A stretch of DNA of 63,507 bases, the filler included, from Chiloscyllium plagiosum (taxonomy: Eukaryota), in assembly GCF_004010195.1 (NCBI RefSeq). It is 6 parts of 2 records of this genome, joined end to end, with 100 filler letters (N's around TTAATTAATTAA, not from the genome) between each part and the next. Parts side by side here need not be neighbours in the genome. Positions count along the whole stretch, not along the records: positions 22,594 to 43,217 come from NC_057715.1; positions 43,318 to 53,222 come from NC_057715.1; 4 more parts are not named here. One strand, given 5' to 3'. The notes under the pieces were generated by a model. That model was not told where the DNA came from and searched no databases. It saw nothing but the letters and a program-made list of their open reading frames with translations. Shown one piece after another: positions 37,646-49,259 of the stretch; positions within the stretch are counted from its first letter, which is position 1, and every line of letters begins with the position of its first letter. Made by a program: the position numbers and the translations under genes.

Positions 37646-38219
37646 CCAGTGGGTGGGACTAACATGGTGGCGAAAACGAGGGTGGAAACATTGCCAGGGA
37701 AACTCTCCCGAACTTTCTTTCCATTTCCTTTCAGAAGCTAAATTGGATTGTCTGGGAATTAAGGCCAGAGCAATCAGGAGAGATGGTAGGAAGCACTTTG
37801 ACACACATGAATACTGGATTAGTTGTTAATTTTTAATCTGAGATGTATAATGTTTTATTGAGGGATATGAGGCATAGGCAGGTGTATGGAGTTAGGCCAG
37901 GGACAGGCTGGAGGGGCTGAATGGCCTACTGCTGTTCCTATGCATCATAATGCAATTAGAAAACAAAGACCCAAGAATAAAAAGACATCAGAACAAAATG
38001 ATGTTAATTAGTGCAACGTTATAGAAACACAAACTGTATTGAATTCTATCTGCCTCTGTAAAATTGAGGTATTGACTGGTGGTATTTTCACTATTTACCT
38101 CCTATCTGCTCCAATGTTACTCAATATCCAAGTCATTGATATCTATCAAATAAAGCAGTGGTCCCAGCATGGAGCCTCAGGGAACAGCACACGTAGGGAC
38201 TGGTCACAAATCATATTTG

Positions 38220-41110
38220 GGCGGTTGCTTTACCTGAAACATTACTCAGATCGTGTCTCCCAACTTTCCTCCTCCTCTAACCAAAAAAAAGAAAGGTTCT
38301 GTGCGCCGACTGGTAAGGTGACTGATTTTGTTTTAGTTTTCAGTAATCTCATTGGGAATTTAGAACAGTGGGAATGGAGGTTAGGGCAGTTGAATGTTTC
38401 TCCTGCAGTACGTGGGAGGTAAGGGTCACCTCTAGTGTCCCTGCTGACTACATCTGTGGGAAGTGCACCGAACTCCAGCTCCTCGTAATCCGCGTTAGGG
38501 AACTGGAGCCGGATTAACTTCGGATCATTCGGGAGGCAGAGGGGGTTATTGAGAGGAGTTACAGGGAGGTAGTCACACCTCAGGTATAAGATGAAGGTAG
38601 ATGCATTACAGTCAGGGGATGGAAAGGGAACCGACAGGCAGTGCAGAGATCCCCTGTGACCGTTCCCCTCAACAAGTATACCATTTTGTCCCTGTTGCTC
38701 AGAAGGGAAGGGGTAAGAGGAGCAGAGCATCAGTCACTGGGGACTCTATAGTTAGGGGACAGACAGGAGGTTCTGTGGGAACGAGAGAGACTCACGGTTG
38801 GTGTGTTGCCTCCCAGGTGCCAGGGTCCGTGATGTCTCTGATCGTGTTTTCAGGATCCTTGAGGTGGAGGGGGATCAGCCCCAACTCATGGTCCACATGG
38901 GCACCAATGACATAGGAAGGAAAAGGGATGGGGATTAAGACAGAAATTCAGGGAGCTAGGGTGGAAGCTTAGAACTACAACAAACAGAGTTGTTATCTCT
39001 GGTTTGTTGCCCATGCTATGTGCTAGCGAGGTGAGGAATAGGGAGAGAGAGGAGTTGAACACGCGGATGCAGGGATGGTGCTGGAGGGAGCATTTCGGAT
39101 ACATGGATAATTGGGGCTCTTTCTGGGGTAGGTGGGACCTTTACAAACAGGATGGTCTTCACCTGAACCAGAGGGGTACCAATATCCTGGGGGGGGAATT
39201 TGCTAATGTTCTTCAGTGGGAAGGGGGGGGTGGTTTAAACTAATGCAGCAGGGGGATGGGAACCAGAATTGTAGTTCCAGTGTACAGGAGGTTGAGGGTA
39301 GTGAGGTCAGGGTTAGGTTTTCAAGGTCGCAAGAGGGCACTGGCAATCAGGATGTTGATTTAAAATGTGTGAACTTTTAATGTGTGAATAAGGTGGGTGA
39401 ACTTGCAGCATGGGTTGGTACCTGGGACTTCGATGTTGTGGCCACTTCAGAGACATGGATAGAGCAGGGACAGGAGCAGTTGTTGCAGGTTCCGGGATTT
39501 AGATGTTTCAGTAAGAACAGAGAAGATGGTAAAAGAGGGAGTTGTGTAGCACTGTTGGTCAAGGACAGTATTACTGTTACAGAAAGGACATTTGAGGACT
39601 CATCTACTGAGGTAGTAATGGTCTGAGGTTAGAAACAGGAAAGGAGAGGTTACCCTGTTGGGAGTTTCTATAGGCCTCCAAATAGTTCCAGAGATGTAGA
39701 GGAAAGGATAGCAAAGATGATCCTCGATAGAAGTGAGAGAGACAGGGTGGTTTTTATGGGAGAATTTAACGTTCCAAATATTGACTGGGAATACTATAGT
39801 TCAAGTATTTTAGATGGGTCAGTTTTTGTCCAATGTGTGCAAAAGGACTTCCTGACACAGTATGTAGACAGGCCAAGAAGGGGCGAGGCCACATTGGATT
39901 TGGTACTGGGTAATGAACCAGGCCAGGTGTTAGATTTGGAAGTAGGCACTTCGGTTATGTTTACTTTAGTGATGAAAAGGGAGAGGTATATACCGCAGGG
40001 CAAGAGTTATAGCTGGGGAAAGGCAATTATGATGTGATTAAGCAAGATTTAGGATGGGTAGGATGGGGAAGGAAACTGCAGGGGATGGGCACAATTGAAA
40101 TGTGGAGCTTAGTCAAGGACCAGCTATTGCGTGTCCTTGATAACTATGTACTGGTCAGGCATGGAGGAAATTGTTGAGCAGGGGGAGCCGCAGTTTACTA
40201 ATGAAGTTGAATCTCTTGTCAAGAGAAAGAAGAAGTGATGGCTTGGCTGGGGCACTTGAGAGTTACAAGTTAGGCAGGAAAGACCAAAAGAGAGAACTAA
40301 GAAGAGCCAGGAAGGGATATGAGAAGTCATTGGCGGATAGGATCAAGGAAAACCCAAAGGCTTTCTATGGATCTATCAGGAATAAATGAAGAACTAGACT
40401 AAGATTAGGGCCAATCAAGCAAAATAGTGGGAAGTTGTGCGTAGGGGAAGTGCTAAATGAATACTTTTTGTCAGTATTTATACGAGAAAAAGACAAAGTG
40501 GTCGAGGAGAATACTGAGACACAAGTTACTAGACAAGATGGGATTGAGGTGCATAAGCAGGACATGTTAGCAATTCTGGAAAGTGTGAAAATAGATAAGT
40601 CCCCTGGGTTGGATGAGATTTATCCGAGGATTCTCTGGGAAGCCAGGGAGGAGATTGCAGAGCCTTTGGCTTTGATCTTTATGTCGTCATTGTCTACAGG
40701 AGTAGTGTCAGAAGACTGGAGGATAGCAAATGTTGTTCAAGAAAGTGAGTAGAGACAACCCTGTTACTTATAGACCTGTGAGCCTTACATCAGTTGTGGG
40801 TAAAATGCTGGAAAGGATTATGAGAGATAGGATTTATAATCATCGAGAGATGAATAAGTTGATTAGGGATAGTCAACACAGTTTTGTGAAGGCCAGGTCG
40901 TGCCTCACAAACCTTACTGAGTTCTTTGAGAAGGTGACCAAACAGGTGGATGAGGGTAAAGTGGTTGATGTGGTGTATGTGGATTTCAGTAAGGTGTTTG
41001 ATAGGGTTCCCCACGGCAGGCTATTGCACAAAATACAGAGACATGGGATTGGGGTGATTTAGCGGTTTGGATCAGAAATTGGCTAGCTGAAAGAAGACAG
41101 AGGGTGGTGT
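38220..41110 (+). mobile_element. CR1 LINE with 5' UTR, ORF1 and the 5' part of ORF2 (decayed)
   Basis: ORF1 Cys motif (YICGKC), GDSIVRG and DGLHLN; ORF2 DVVATSETW, GEFNVPNIDW, DKSPG, YRPVSLTS and DFSKVFDRVPH. Confidence 0.88.
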
Positions 41111-41780
41111 AGAACATAGAACATAGAACATAGAAGAATACAGCGCAGTACAGGCCCTTTGGCCCTCGATGTTGCGCCGATCCAAGCCCACCTAACCTAC
41201 ACCAGCCCACTATCCTCCATATGCCTATCCAATGCCCGCTTAAATGCCCATAAAGAGGGAGAGTCCACCACTGCTACTGGCAGGGCATTCCATGAACTTA
41301 CGACTCGCTGAGTGAAGAACCTACCCCTAACTTCAGTCCTATATCTACCCCCCCTTAATTTAAAGCTATGCCCCCTCGTAATAGATTAGCTGACTCCATA
41401 CGTGGAAAAAGGTTCTCATGGTCAACCCTATCTAAACCCCTAATCATCTTGCACACCGCTATCAAGTCACCCCAAACCTTCTTTTCTCCAATGAAAACAG
41501 CCCCAAGTGCCTCAGCCTTTCCTCATACGAACTTCCTACCATACCAGGCAACATCCTGGTAAACCTCCTCTGCACCAGTTCCAGTGCCTCCACATCCTTC
41601 CTATAATATGGCGACCAAAACTGCACACAATACTCCAGATGCGACCGCACCAGAGTCTTATACAACTGCAACATGACCTCAGTACTCCGAAACTCAATTC
41701 CTCTACCAATAAAAGCCAGTACGCCATATGCCTTCCTCACCGCACTATTTACCTGGGTGGCAACTTTCAAAGATCTGTGT
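41110..41780 (-). mobile_element. Young CR1 3' fragment with (TTCTATG)n tail; sister copies at 59395-59545 (-) and 61170-61612 (+)
   Basis: LVRSHLEYCVQFWSPYYRKD translation; near-identical 3' UTRs. Confidence 0.9.
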
Positions 41781-43217
41781 ACAAGTGTGAAGTAATACAT
41801 TTGGGGAGGTCAGACAATAAAAGCGAATGCCCAATCAATAGGAATATACTGAGAGGGGTAGATGGAGTGAGAGATCTTGGTGTGCAAGTGCACAGGTCCC
41901 TAAAGGGAACAGTACAGGTAGATAAGGTTGCAAAGATTGCATTTGGAATGCTGTCCTTCATTGGCATAGGTATAGAATGCAAAAGTAGGGATGAGATGAT
42001 GAAACTATATAAGATACTTATGAGTCCGTATAAGACCTCAACTTGAGTATTGTGTGCAGTTTTGTTGACCACATTACAGGAAGGACATAATTGCTCTGGA
42101 GAGAGTGCAGAGAGATTTACTACAGTATTGCCAAGGCTGGAGAATTGTAGCTATGAGGAGATTGGAGTGGTTGGAGTTGTTTTGGAGTTGGAGTGGGGGA
42201 TTCATTGATGGTACACCATTGAATGCCAAGGGGCAGTGGTTAGATTGTGACTTATTGGTGATGGTCATAGTCTGATATTTGTGTGGCATGAATGTTACTT
42301 GCCCCTTATCAGACCAAGGAGGAGAAAGTGAGGACTGCAGATGCTGGAGATCAGAGCTGAAAAATGTGTTGCTGGAAAAGCATAGCAGGTCAGGCAGCAT
42401 CAAAGGAGCAGGAGAATCGACGCTTCGGGCATAAGCTCTTGAAGAAGAATTCTTCTGCTCCTTTGATGCTGCCTGACCTGCTATGCTTTTCCAGCAACAC
42501 ATTTTTCAGCTCTGATCTCCAGCATCTGCAGTCCTCACTTTCTCCTCCTTGGTCTGATAAGGGGCAAGTAACATTCATGCCACACAAATATCAGACTATG
42601 ACCATCACCAATAAGTCACAATCTAACCACTGCCCCTTGGCATTCAATGGTGTACCATCAATGAATCCCCCACTCCAACTCCAAAACAACTCCAACCACT
42701 CCAATCTCCTCATAGCTACAATTCTCCAGCCTTGGCAATACTGTAGTAAATCTCTCTGCACTCTCTCCAGAGCAATTATGTCCTTCCTGTAATGTGGTCA
42801 ACAAAACTGCACACAATACTCAAGTTGAGGTCTTATACGGACTCATAAGTATCTTATATAGTTTCATCATCTCATCCCTACTTTTGCATTCTATACCTAT
42901 GCCAATGAAGGACAGCATTCCAAATGTAATCTTTGCAACCTTATCTACCTGTACTGTTCCCTTTAGGGACCTGTGCACTTGCACACCAAGATCTCTCACT
43001 CCATCTACCCCTCTCAGTATATTCCTATTGATTGGGCATTCGCTTTTATTGTCTGACCTCCCCAAATGTATTACTTCACACTTGTACACAGATCTTTGAA
43101 AGTTGCCACCCAGGTAAATAGTGCGGTGAAGAAGGCATATGGCGTACTGGCTTTTATTGGTAGAGGAATGGAGTTCCGGAGTACTGAGGTCATGTTGCAG
43201 TTGTATAAGACACTGGT
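41649..43217. repeat. Long inverted repeat (arms about 770 bp, spacer about 30 bp near 42419-42448)
   Basis: Mirror ORFs 41767-42072(-)/42794-43099(+) and 42074-42502(-)/42364-42792(+); arms are directly reverse complementary. Confidence 0.95.
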
Positions 43218-43888
43218 NNNNNNNNNNNNNNNNNNNNNNNNNNNNNNNNNNNNNNNNNNNNTTAATTAATTAANNNNNNNNNNNNNNNNNNNNNNNNNNN
43301 NNNNNNNNNNNNNNNNNGATTGGGAAAATTAACTCTTTTCTCTCTCCACAGTATGTCTCTGTGTTTGCTTCGGATTTCTAACAACTACAGTATTTTTGCT
43401 TTTGTTCGATGGAGAAATGCAGCAAATGCGACAGGTTTTTGCAAAAGCAGCCATGGTTCACGGTTTCCTCTTGGTGTTTAGGAATCTTGCCCGGCCTCCT
43501 TTACGAGTGCAGTGCTCCTGGATATCCACTCCATCTCTTTCAGTCCCTCAGTCCATCGTCACTACATGCAGTCTTTCCTTGTGCCACCCCTGGGACTCCC
43601 CACACTGATTGCAGGGCACTGGATACTCCCTTCACAGGACTGTGCACACAACAACACTGGGCACTTTCTGACCCGCTGTGGATGCTGGGCAAAAACCCTG
43701 CGATTGAAAGGAACAGAATAACTCGAATCCAATTGAATAGCAAAGCTGAGTAAACAGGTTGAATGACATCCATCTGCTCTGACATTTTCTAATCTTCTGT
43801 TTATCCTCAGTCTTCTGCAAACAGATGGTCAATATGTATGCCTTGTCAAACAGGTTTGGTGGCGGGGATAGATATCAGATCCAGTGGG

Positions 43889-44485
43889 CCTGTGGGAGTG
43901 GCAGAGTCAGAATTATTGGTGACCTTTACGCAGCAATTGGATAGGTACATGGATGGGTGCTTAAGCTAGGACAAATGTTCGGCACAACATCGTGGGCCGA
44001 AGGGCCTGTTCTATGCTGTATTGTTCTTTGTTCTGGGGGCATGGAATGCGCTGCCTGTGGGAGTGGCAGAGTCAGAATTATTGGTGACCTTTACGCAGCA
44101 ATTGGATAGGTACATGGATGGGTGCTTAAGCTAGGACAAATGTTCGGCACAACATCGTGGGCCGAAGGGCCTGTTCTATGCTGTATTGTTCTTTGTTCTA
44201 TGTGACGGCGAGCACGAGGGGGCATAGCTTTAAATTGAGGGGTGATAGATATAGGACAGATGTCAGAGGTAGTTTCTTTACTCAGAGAGTAGTAAGGGTA
44301 TGGAATGCTTTGCCTGCAATGATAGTAGATTCGCCAACTTTAAGTACATTTAAGTCGTCATTGAACAAGCACATGGATGTACATGGAATAGTGTAGGTTC
44401 GATGGGCTTCAGATTGGTATGACAGGTCGGCGCAACATCGAGGGCCGAAGGGCCTGTAATGCGCTGTAATTTTCTATGTTCTATA
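43889..44485 (+). mobile_element. Stacked CR1 3' ends including a tandem duplicate (43889-44034 and 44054-44199)
   Basis: Both copies share aattattggt and ttacgcagc variants; a different CR1 3' end follows at about 44203-44485. Confidence 0.85.
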
Positions 44486-44722
44486 ATATCGGATCAGACA
44501 TGATCCTATTGAATGGTACAGTAGACCTACCCTCCTGTTCCAATTTCTTATTGTCTTATTGTTTAAGTCACTCAAACACAGAGTGACATTATCATTGGCA
44601 TTCAGCCCTCTGTTTTATTGCAGTGACGCACAATAGAAGGCAAGGCACAGGTACCTCCTGGTGCCATTCATCAAGAGTTGGAGCTTTATGAAAACGCCAG
44701 GGATTGAACATTCTACACCTAC

Positions 44723-46493
44723 CTCTCCATCACCTGCTCTCTCTTCACATTTAATGGCAGCCTCCTAATGTTGGCAAACATCTTGGCTAATTCCTCCAAT
44801 TCAATGGCTGTGTAAAGCTCGGGATATTTACCCTCTGCCATCACGTCATTCAAATCTTGGAGTATGTCTTTCCTCAGAGCCCCGTGGACCAGAATCACTG
44901 TGTCTTTTCCATGAATCCCAGCCCCATAACTTGCCTGCTTAATCACTTTAGCTATCTCCAGTCTCGACATCTCACCGTTGATCTCAAAGAGGTCAGCCAT
45001 AGTGAGGTAGGCAGCCAATCTGACCAGTGTTTTACGGCCAGAGAAATTAGTGAGAGACAGCAAGGCGCAGTGACCTCTGGGAATGCACAGAACCCTGTAG
45101 ATACGTACAAAGTGATACACACATTCGTTGAAGAAAATGATTTGGTAGTTGGTTTTGTTTTTGTGGTTCTGTTTCTGGACAATTAACTGGAGTTGCTGGG
45201 CAATCGTATCACAGTTCACCTCCCGGTATGGGTTCCACTTGGGAGAGCTCATCTGTTGTTTATTAACTGGGCGAACAGCCAACTTGCTGTAGATGAGGTT
45301 ACTTAAAGATTCCTCTGTGCGCAGTAAATGGGGTGGGAACAGTGGTTTTAGAGTTTCTGACCTCTTAGTCTTCCTGCTGTGACTTCTGGCATGTTTGTGC
45401 TTTTTCTGGACAGAGGTCTCACTTTCTGTCCATGGATTGTCATGGGGTGCCCCGGCTGGAGAATGACTCCTGGTCTTTGAGTCATTTGTCTGACTCTCTG
45501 ATACTGAAGTCAACCGATGTTGAACCTCAGAACTGGAGTAATCTCTCTTGGTAGTTTCTGCTTGCTCTGAAGTCTTGCTTGAGATCTTTGATCCAGATTC
45601 AGTGAGCTGCAGAGGTTGAGGTAATTGGCTTTTGGGGTCTAGATTAGCGATAACTCCAAGCTCTCTGCCACCATCACCAGATGTCTCTCTAGATCTATCT
45701 GCACTCTGCTCTTCCAGGGAGACCGGAGTGATTATTTGTTGGAACTCTACCACATTAGACTGGCTCAGACTAGTAACCTCAATTGAGGATTCAGCTACTT
45801 TTTGCAGAGTCTGAAGGCTTTCAGCTCCATTTTCAGAAGTACAGAAATGAAACTGAGCCACTTCCTCCAATATCTGTGTCAAAGTTTTCTTGTCCTCTTT
45901 GATCAGGAGGCAGTCGGAGAAGGTCCTCATGGACTCATGTAGCCACAGATCGATGATGATTTTAGTGACAGACGAAATGGTGGATGACAGCCGAGATCCT
46001 GATCGCTTGAATTTACCTTTCTTGGGTTTGACAAGCGTGGTGATAGACGCAGGATTCAGCAAGAACATACCATTCAATACTGCCCCGATATCCGCCATTG
46101 AGAACAGATAATGGGCACAGCTAGGTGATGGCTTCAGAGTCTGCCTTACTCTGTGGTAGAGCTCCACTGTGGCTGAAACAAGAGCATGGGCCAGGACAGC
46201 GTGTCTGGCCAGTGTGTAGGTCGGGAAGTTATTCAGCCACTGGGTCACACAGGGAGTGTAAATGGCTGTTAACATGGCTGAAGTCATCTCTGGGAGAGCA
46301 AGGACAGTGAACAATCGGGTGAAACGAGATGAGACAAAACCCATTCTTCCTCGGAGTGGTGCACAAGTCATGATGTAGTTGACACGGGCAGAATGGAAGT
46401 AACGGAACTGCTGGCAGTTCCCATCATACGAGCCATGACAGGTCAATGAGTGACGGAACGTCTCAATGACTGGTTGGCATCCTGAACCCGCCT
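44723..46493 (-). CDS. DNHD1: DNHD1-like large internal exon (AAA3 C-half, lid, S/T/E-rich insert, AAA4)
   Basis: 1771-bp stop-free exon containing GCQPVIETFRH, VSSRFTRLFTVL, PSPSCAHYLFSMADI, LWLHESMRTFSDCL, HFVRIYRVLCIPRGHCALL, SGRKTLVRLAAY and GKYPELY, all dynein AAA3/AAA4 signatures in the diverged form expected for DNHD1. Acceptor ttgttgttctttag, donor gtaggt. Confidence 0.9.
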
Positions 46494-47345
46494 CTAAAGA
46501 ACAACAAGATTTAAAGATGGTGAGATTAAACTCAGTGTCAACTCTTCCAACACAACAAGCTGAAATCTGTGTGTGCATATTGGGACAGGTGTGTGATATG
46601 AAAGGTATCTGATTTATATACAGAACTTTTTTACATTTTGGATTATAAAGTAATGGTACATGGGGCTGGTTACTCCTCTGAAGGATAATTCAAAAACATC
46701 CAGGTCTGACAGTCTCCTGGAACAGTGACCCTTATCCAGGATATGTCAGAGAGGAAGCCCCTTGTTTTTATTTTGTACTTTATGATAAGTTGAGTAACAA
46801 TTGATGGCCATTAGCTGGTCTTGGTTCAGGATCATCAAACATAGCGATGTGTCATAACATCTCTCAGGAGGTTGATTCAAAATAGTCTGTACCGACAATG
46901 GACTATTTTGAGGGTTCTTGTGGTTATGTCCATATCTTTGAGCCAGAAGACCCAGGTTCAAGTCTCGCGTGTTCCAGGGGTATATAATAACATCTCTGGA
47001 CAGGTTGATGAAAAGAAAATCAAGTTTATCTGACAAAAATAAGAAATTGCAAGTTTTAGGGCAGTTTGGACAAGCCCTGACTGAGGTGAACAGTAAATGT
47101 AGTTTCTCTCTTAGAATGAGTCCAGGATTGCACAGGGAAAGAACAGTTATTTCAGTAGAAAAGTTTAATTTGTGAAACTTTCAAAACAGGAGACTTTGGT
47201 TAGACATGTGAAGTTTACAAAAATCTCAGAAAGTCTGCACCTTCAGTTATGAAAGTATTCATGTAAGAAGACTTCACAGTTTACAGGAAGGAAATGCGGA
47301 GGGATCAGTACAGTTGAACATACAGATTTGATACAGGGGACAATT

Positions 47346-47566
47346 AAAAAACTGAAAGAATTGTGGATCCTGTGAATCAGAAACAAACACAGAAGTTGCT
47401 GGAAAAGCTTAGCAAATCTGGCAGCATCTGTGAAGAAAAATTGGAGTTAACATTCCGGTTCGTGACCCTTCCTTGGAATTTCTGGACCCAAGACGTTAAC
47501 TTCTGATTTCTCTTCACAGATGCTGCCAGACCTGCAGAGCTTTTCCAGTAACTTCTGCTTTTGTTG
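47346..47566. mobile_element. Short palindromic PLE-derived element, tailed on the left
   Basis: cagaagttgctggaaaagct...gcagcatctgtgaaga versus tcttcacagatgctgc...agcttttccagtaacttctg. TSD caggggacaatt (47334-47345) and caggggataatt (47567-47578). Confidence 0.8.
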
Positions 47567-48037
47567 CAGGGGATAATTTCTCTGGATTTAAATCCCTGTG
47601 ATAGATCGTGTTGGGAAACGGGACGGGACCTTATTTTGCTGTGTTTGAAGATTTATCTGGTTCTATCTGGTTTAGATGCTTAGTTTATTATTTTTATCTT
47701 CTATGTAACATGCTCCTGTTCTGTGTTTAAGAAACACTGCACTCTCATGTGACCATGATTCAGTTTGCAGCCACAACACCAACTAAAATAACAACAGACA
47801 TGACCCATCAAGCCAAATTTCATTCTTGGAACTGACTTGTGCAGTCTTCCTATCAACTGAGATCATAAGAAGTGTGTGAGAATGCCTGTATGGAGATTGT
47901 GTAGGGGTTTGAAAGTGGGGGATAAGTGGACGGTGTCAGTGTGTGTGGGGGACTAAGTATGGAATTGAATATGGGTGAGAGGGCAAATGTGTGAGGGAGC
48001 AAATGTGGAGTATGTTTATGTGGTGGTGAGTGTGGAG

Positions 48038-48063
<26 letters not shown>
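48038..48063. repeat. (GT)n microsatellite
   Basis: About 13 GT units within a G/T-rich tract. Confidence 0.9.
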
Positions 48064-48068
<5 letters not shown>

Positions 48069-49259
48069 GTTCCCCTGATGTAGCAGCAGGTGCAAGTGTG
48101 GGAGGGGAGTGAGGGGTGCAAATATGGGGGGATGAGTGTCAGTCCTTAAAGATAGCCTCCGCTTACTCCAAATCGGGAAGAAGAAAGAAAAGGAGGTCAA
48201 AAAAAAAATCTGCCACGGTTCCTTCTGGTGGGGGACCCACAACCTGCAGAACCACTATTATTATAGCCACAGAAACAAAACTTTAAACTCTTGCAGCATT
48301 TGAATACTCTTGAATACTCCCAAGAGGAACTGTTCAGAAAACAGGGAGAGTTCAGGGTCAATCACTCTTGACGTCAGGGACACTCTCAGCCTCAGGGTCA
48401 TAGAACATAGAAAAATACAGCGCAGTACAGGCNNNNNNNNNNNNNNNNNNNNNNNNNNNNNNNNNNNNNNNNNNNNNNNNNNNNNNNNNNNNNNNNNNNN
48501 NNNNNNNNNNNNNNNNNNNNNNNNNNNNNNNNNNNNNNNNNNNNNNNNNNNNNNNNNNNNNNNNNNNNNNNNNNNNNNNNNNNNNNNNNNNNNNNNNNNN
48601 NNNNNNNNNNNNNNNNNNNNNNNNNNNNNNNNNNNNNNNNNNNNNNNNNNNNNNNNNNNNNNNNNNNNNNNNNNNNNNNNNNNNNNNNNNNNNNNNNNNN
48701 NNNNNNNNNNNNNNNNNNNNNNNNNNNNNNNNNNNNNNNNNNNNNNNNNNNNNNNNNNNNNNNNNNNNNNNNNNNNNNNNNNNNNNNNNNNNNNNNNNNN
48801 NNNNNNNNNNNNNNNNNNNNNNNNNNNNNNNNNNNNNNNNNNNNNNNNNNNNNNNNNNNNNNNNNNNNNNNNNNNNNNNNNNNNNNNNNNNNNNNNNNNN
48901 NNNNNNNNNNNNNNNNNNNNNNNNNNNNNNNNGATCTCTTTTATATCTTTCCCCTCTCACCCTAAGCCTATGCCCTCTAGTTCTGTACTCCCCCACCCCA
49001 GGGAAAAAGTTTGCCTATTTACCTTATCCATGCCCCTCAAATTTTGTAAACCTCTATAAGGTCACCCCTCAGCCTCCGATTCTCCAGGGAAAATTAAGAG
49101 TCAACTGATGGCCATGAAACTATGGTCGACTGTTGGAAAAACCCATTTGGTTCACTAATGTCCTTTAGAGAAGGAAACCTGCCATCTTTACCTGGTCTGG
49201 CCTACATGTGACTGCAGAGCCATATCAATGTGGTTGACTCTCAACTGTCTGAAATGGCC

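Noticed and set aside
43400..43850. Unique-looking segment with splice-like sites and short ORFs
   Set aside because: No frame resembles the expected next dynein exon or SMPD1 exon 1.
48310..49059. ORFs of 212-249 aa
   Set aside because: They consist mostly of the N gap at 48433-48931.
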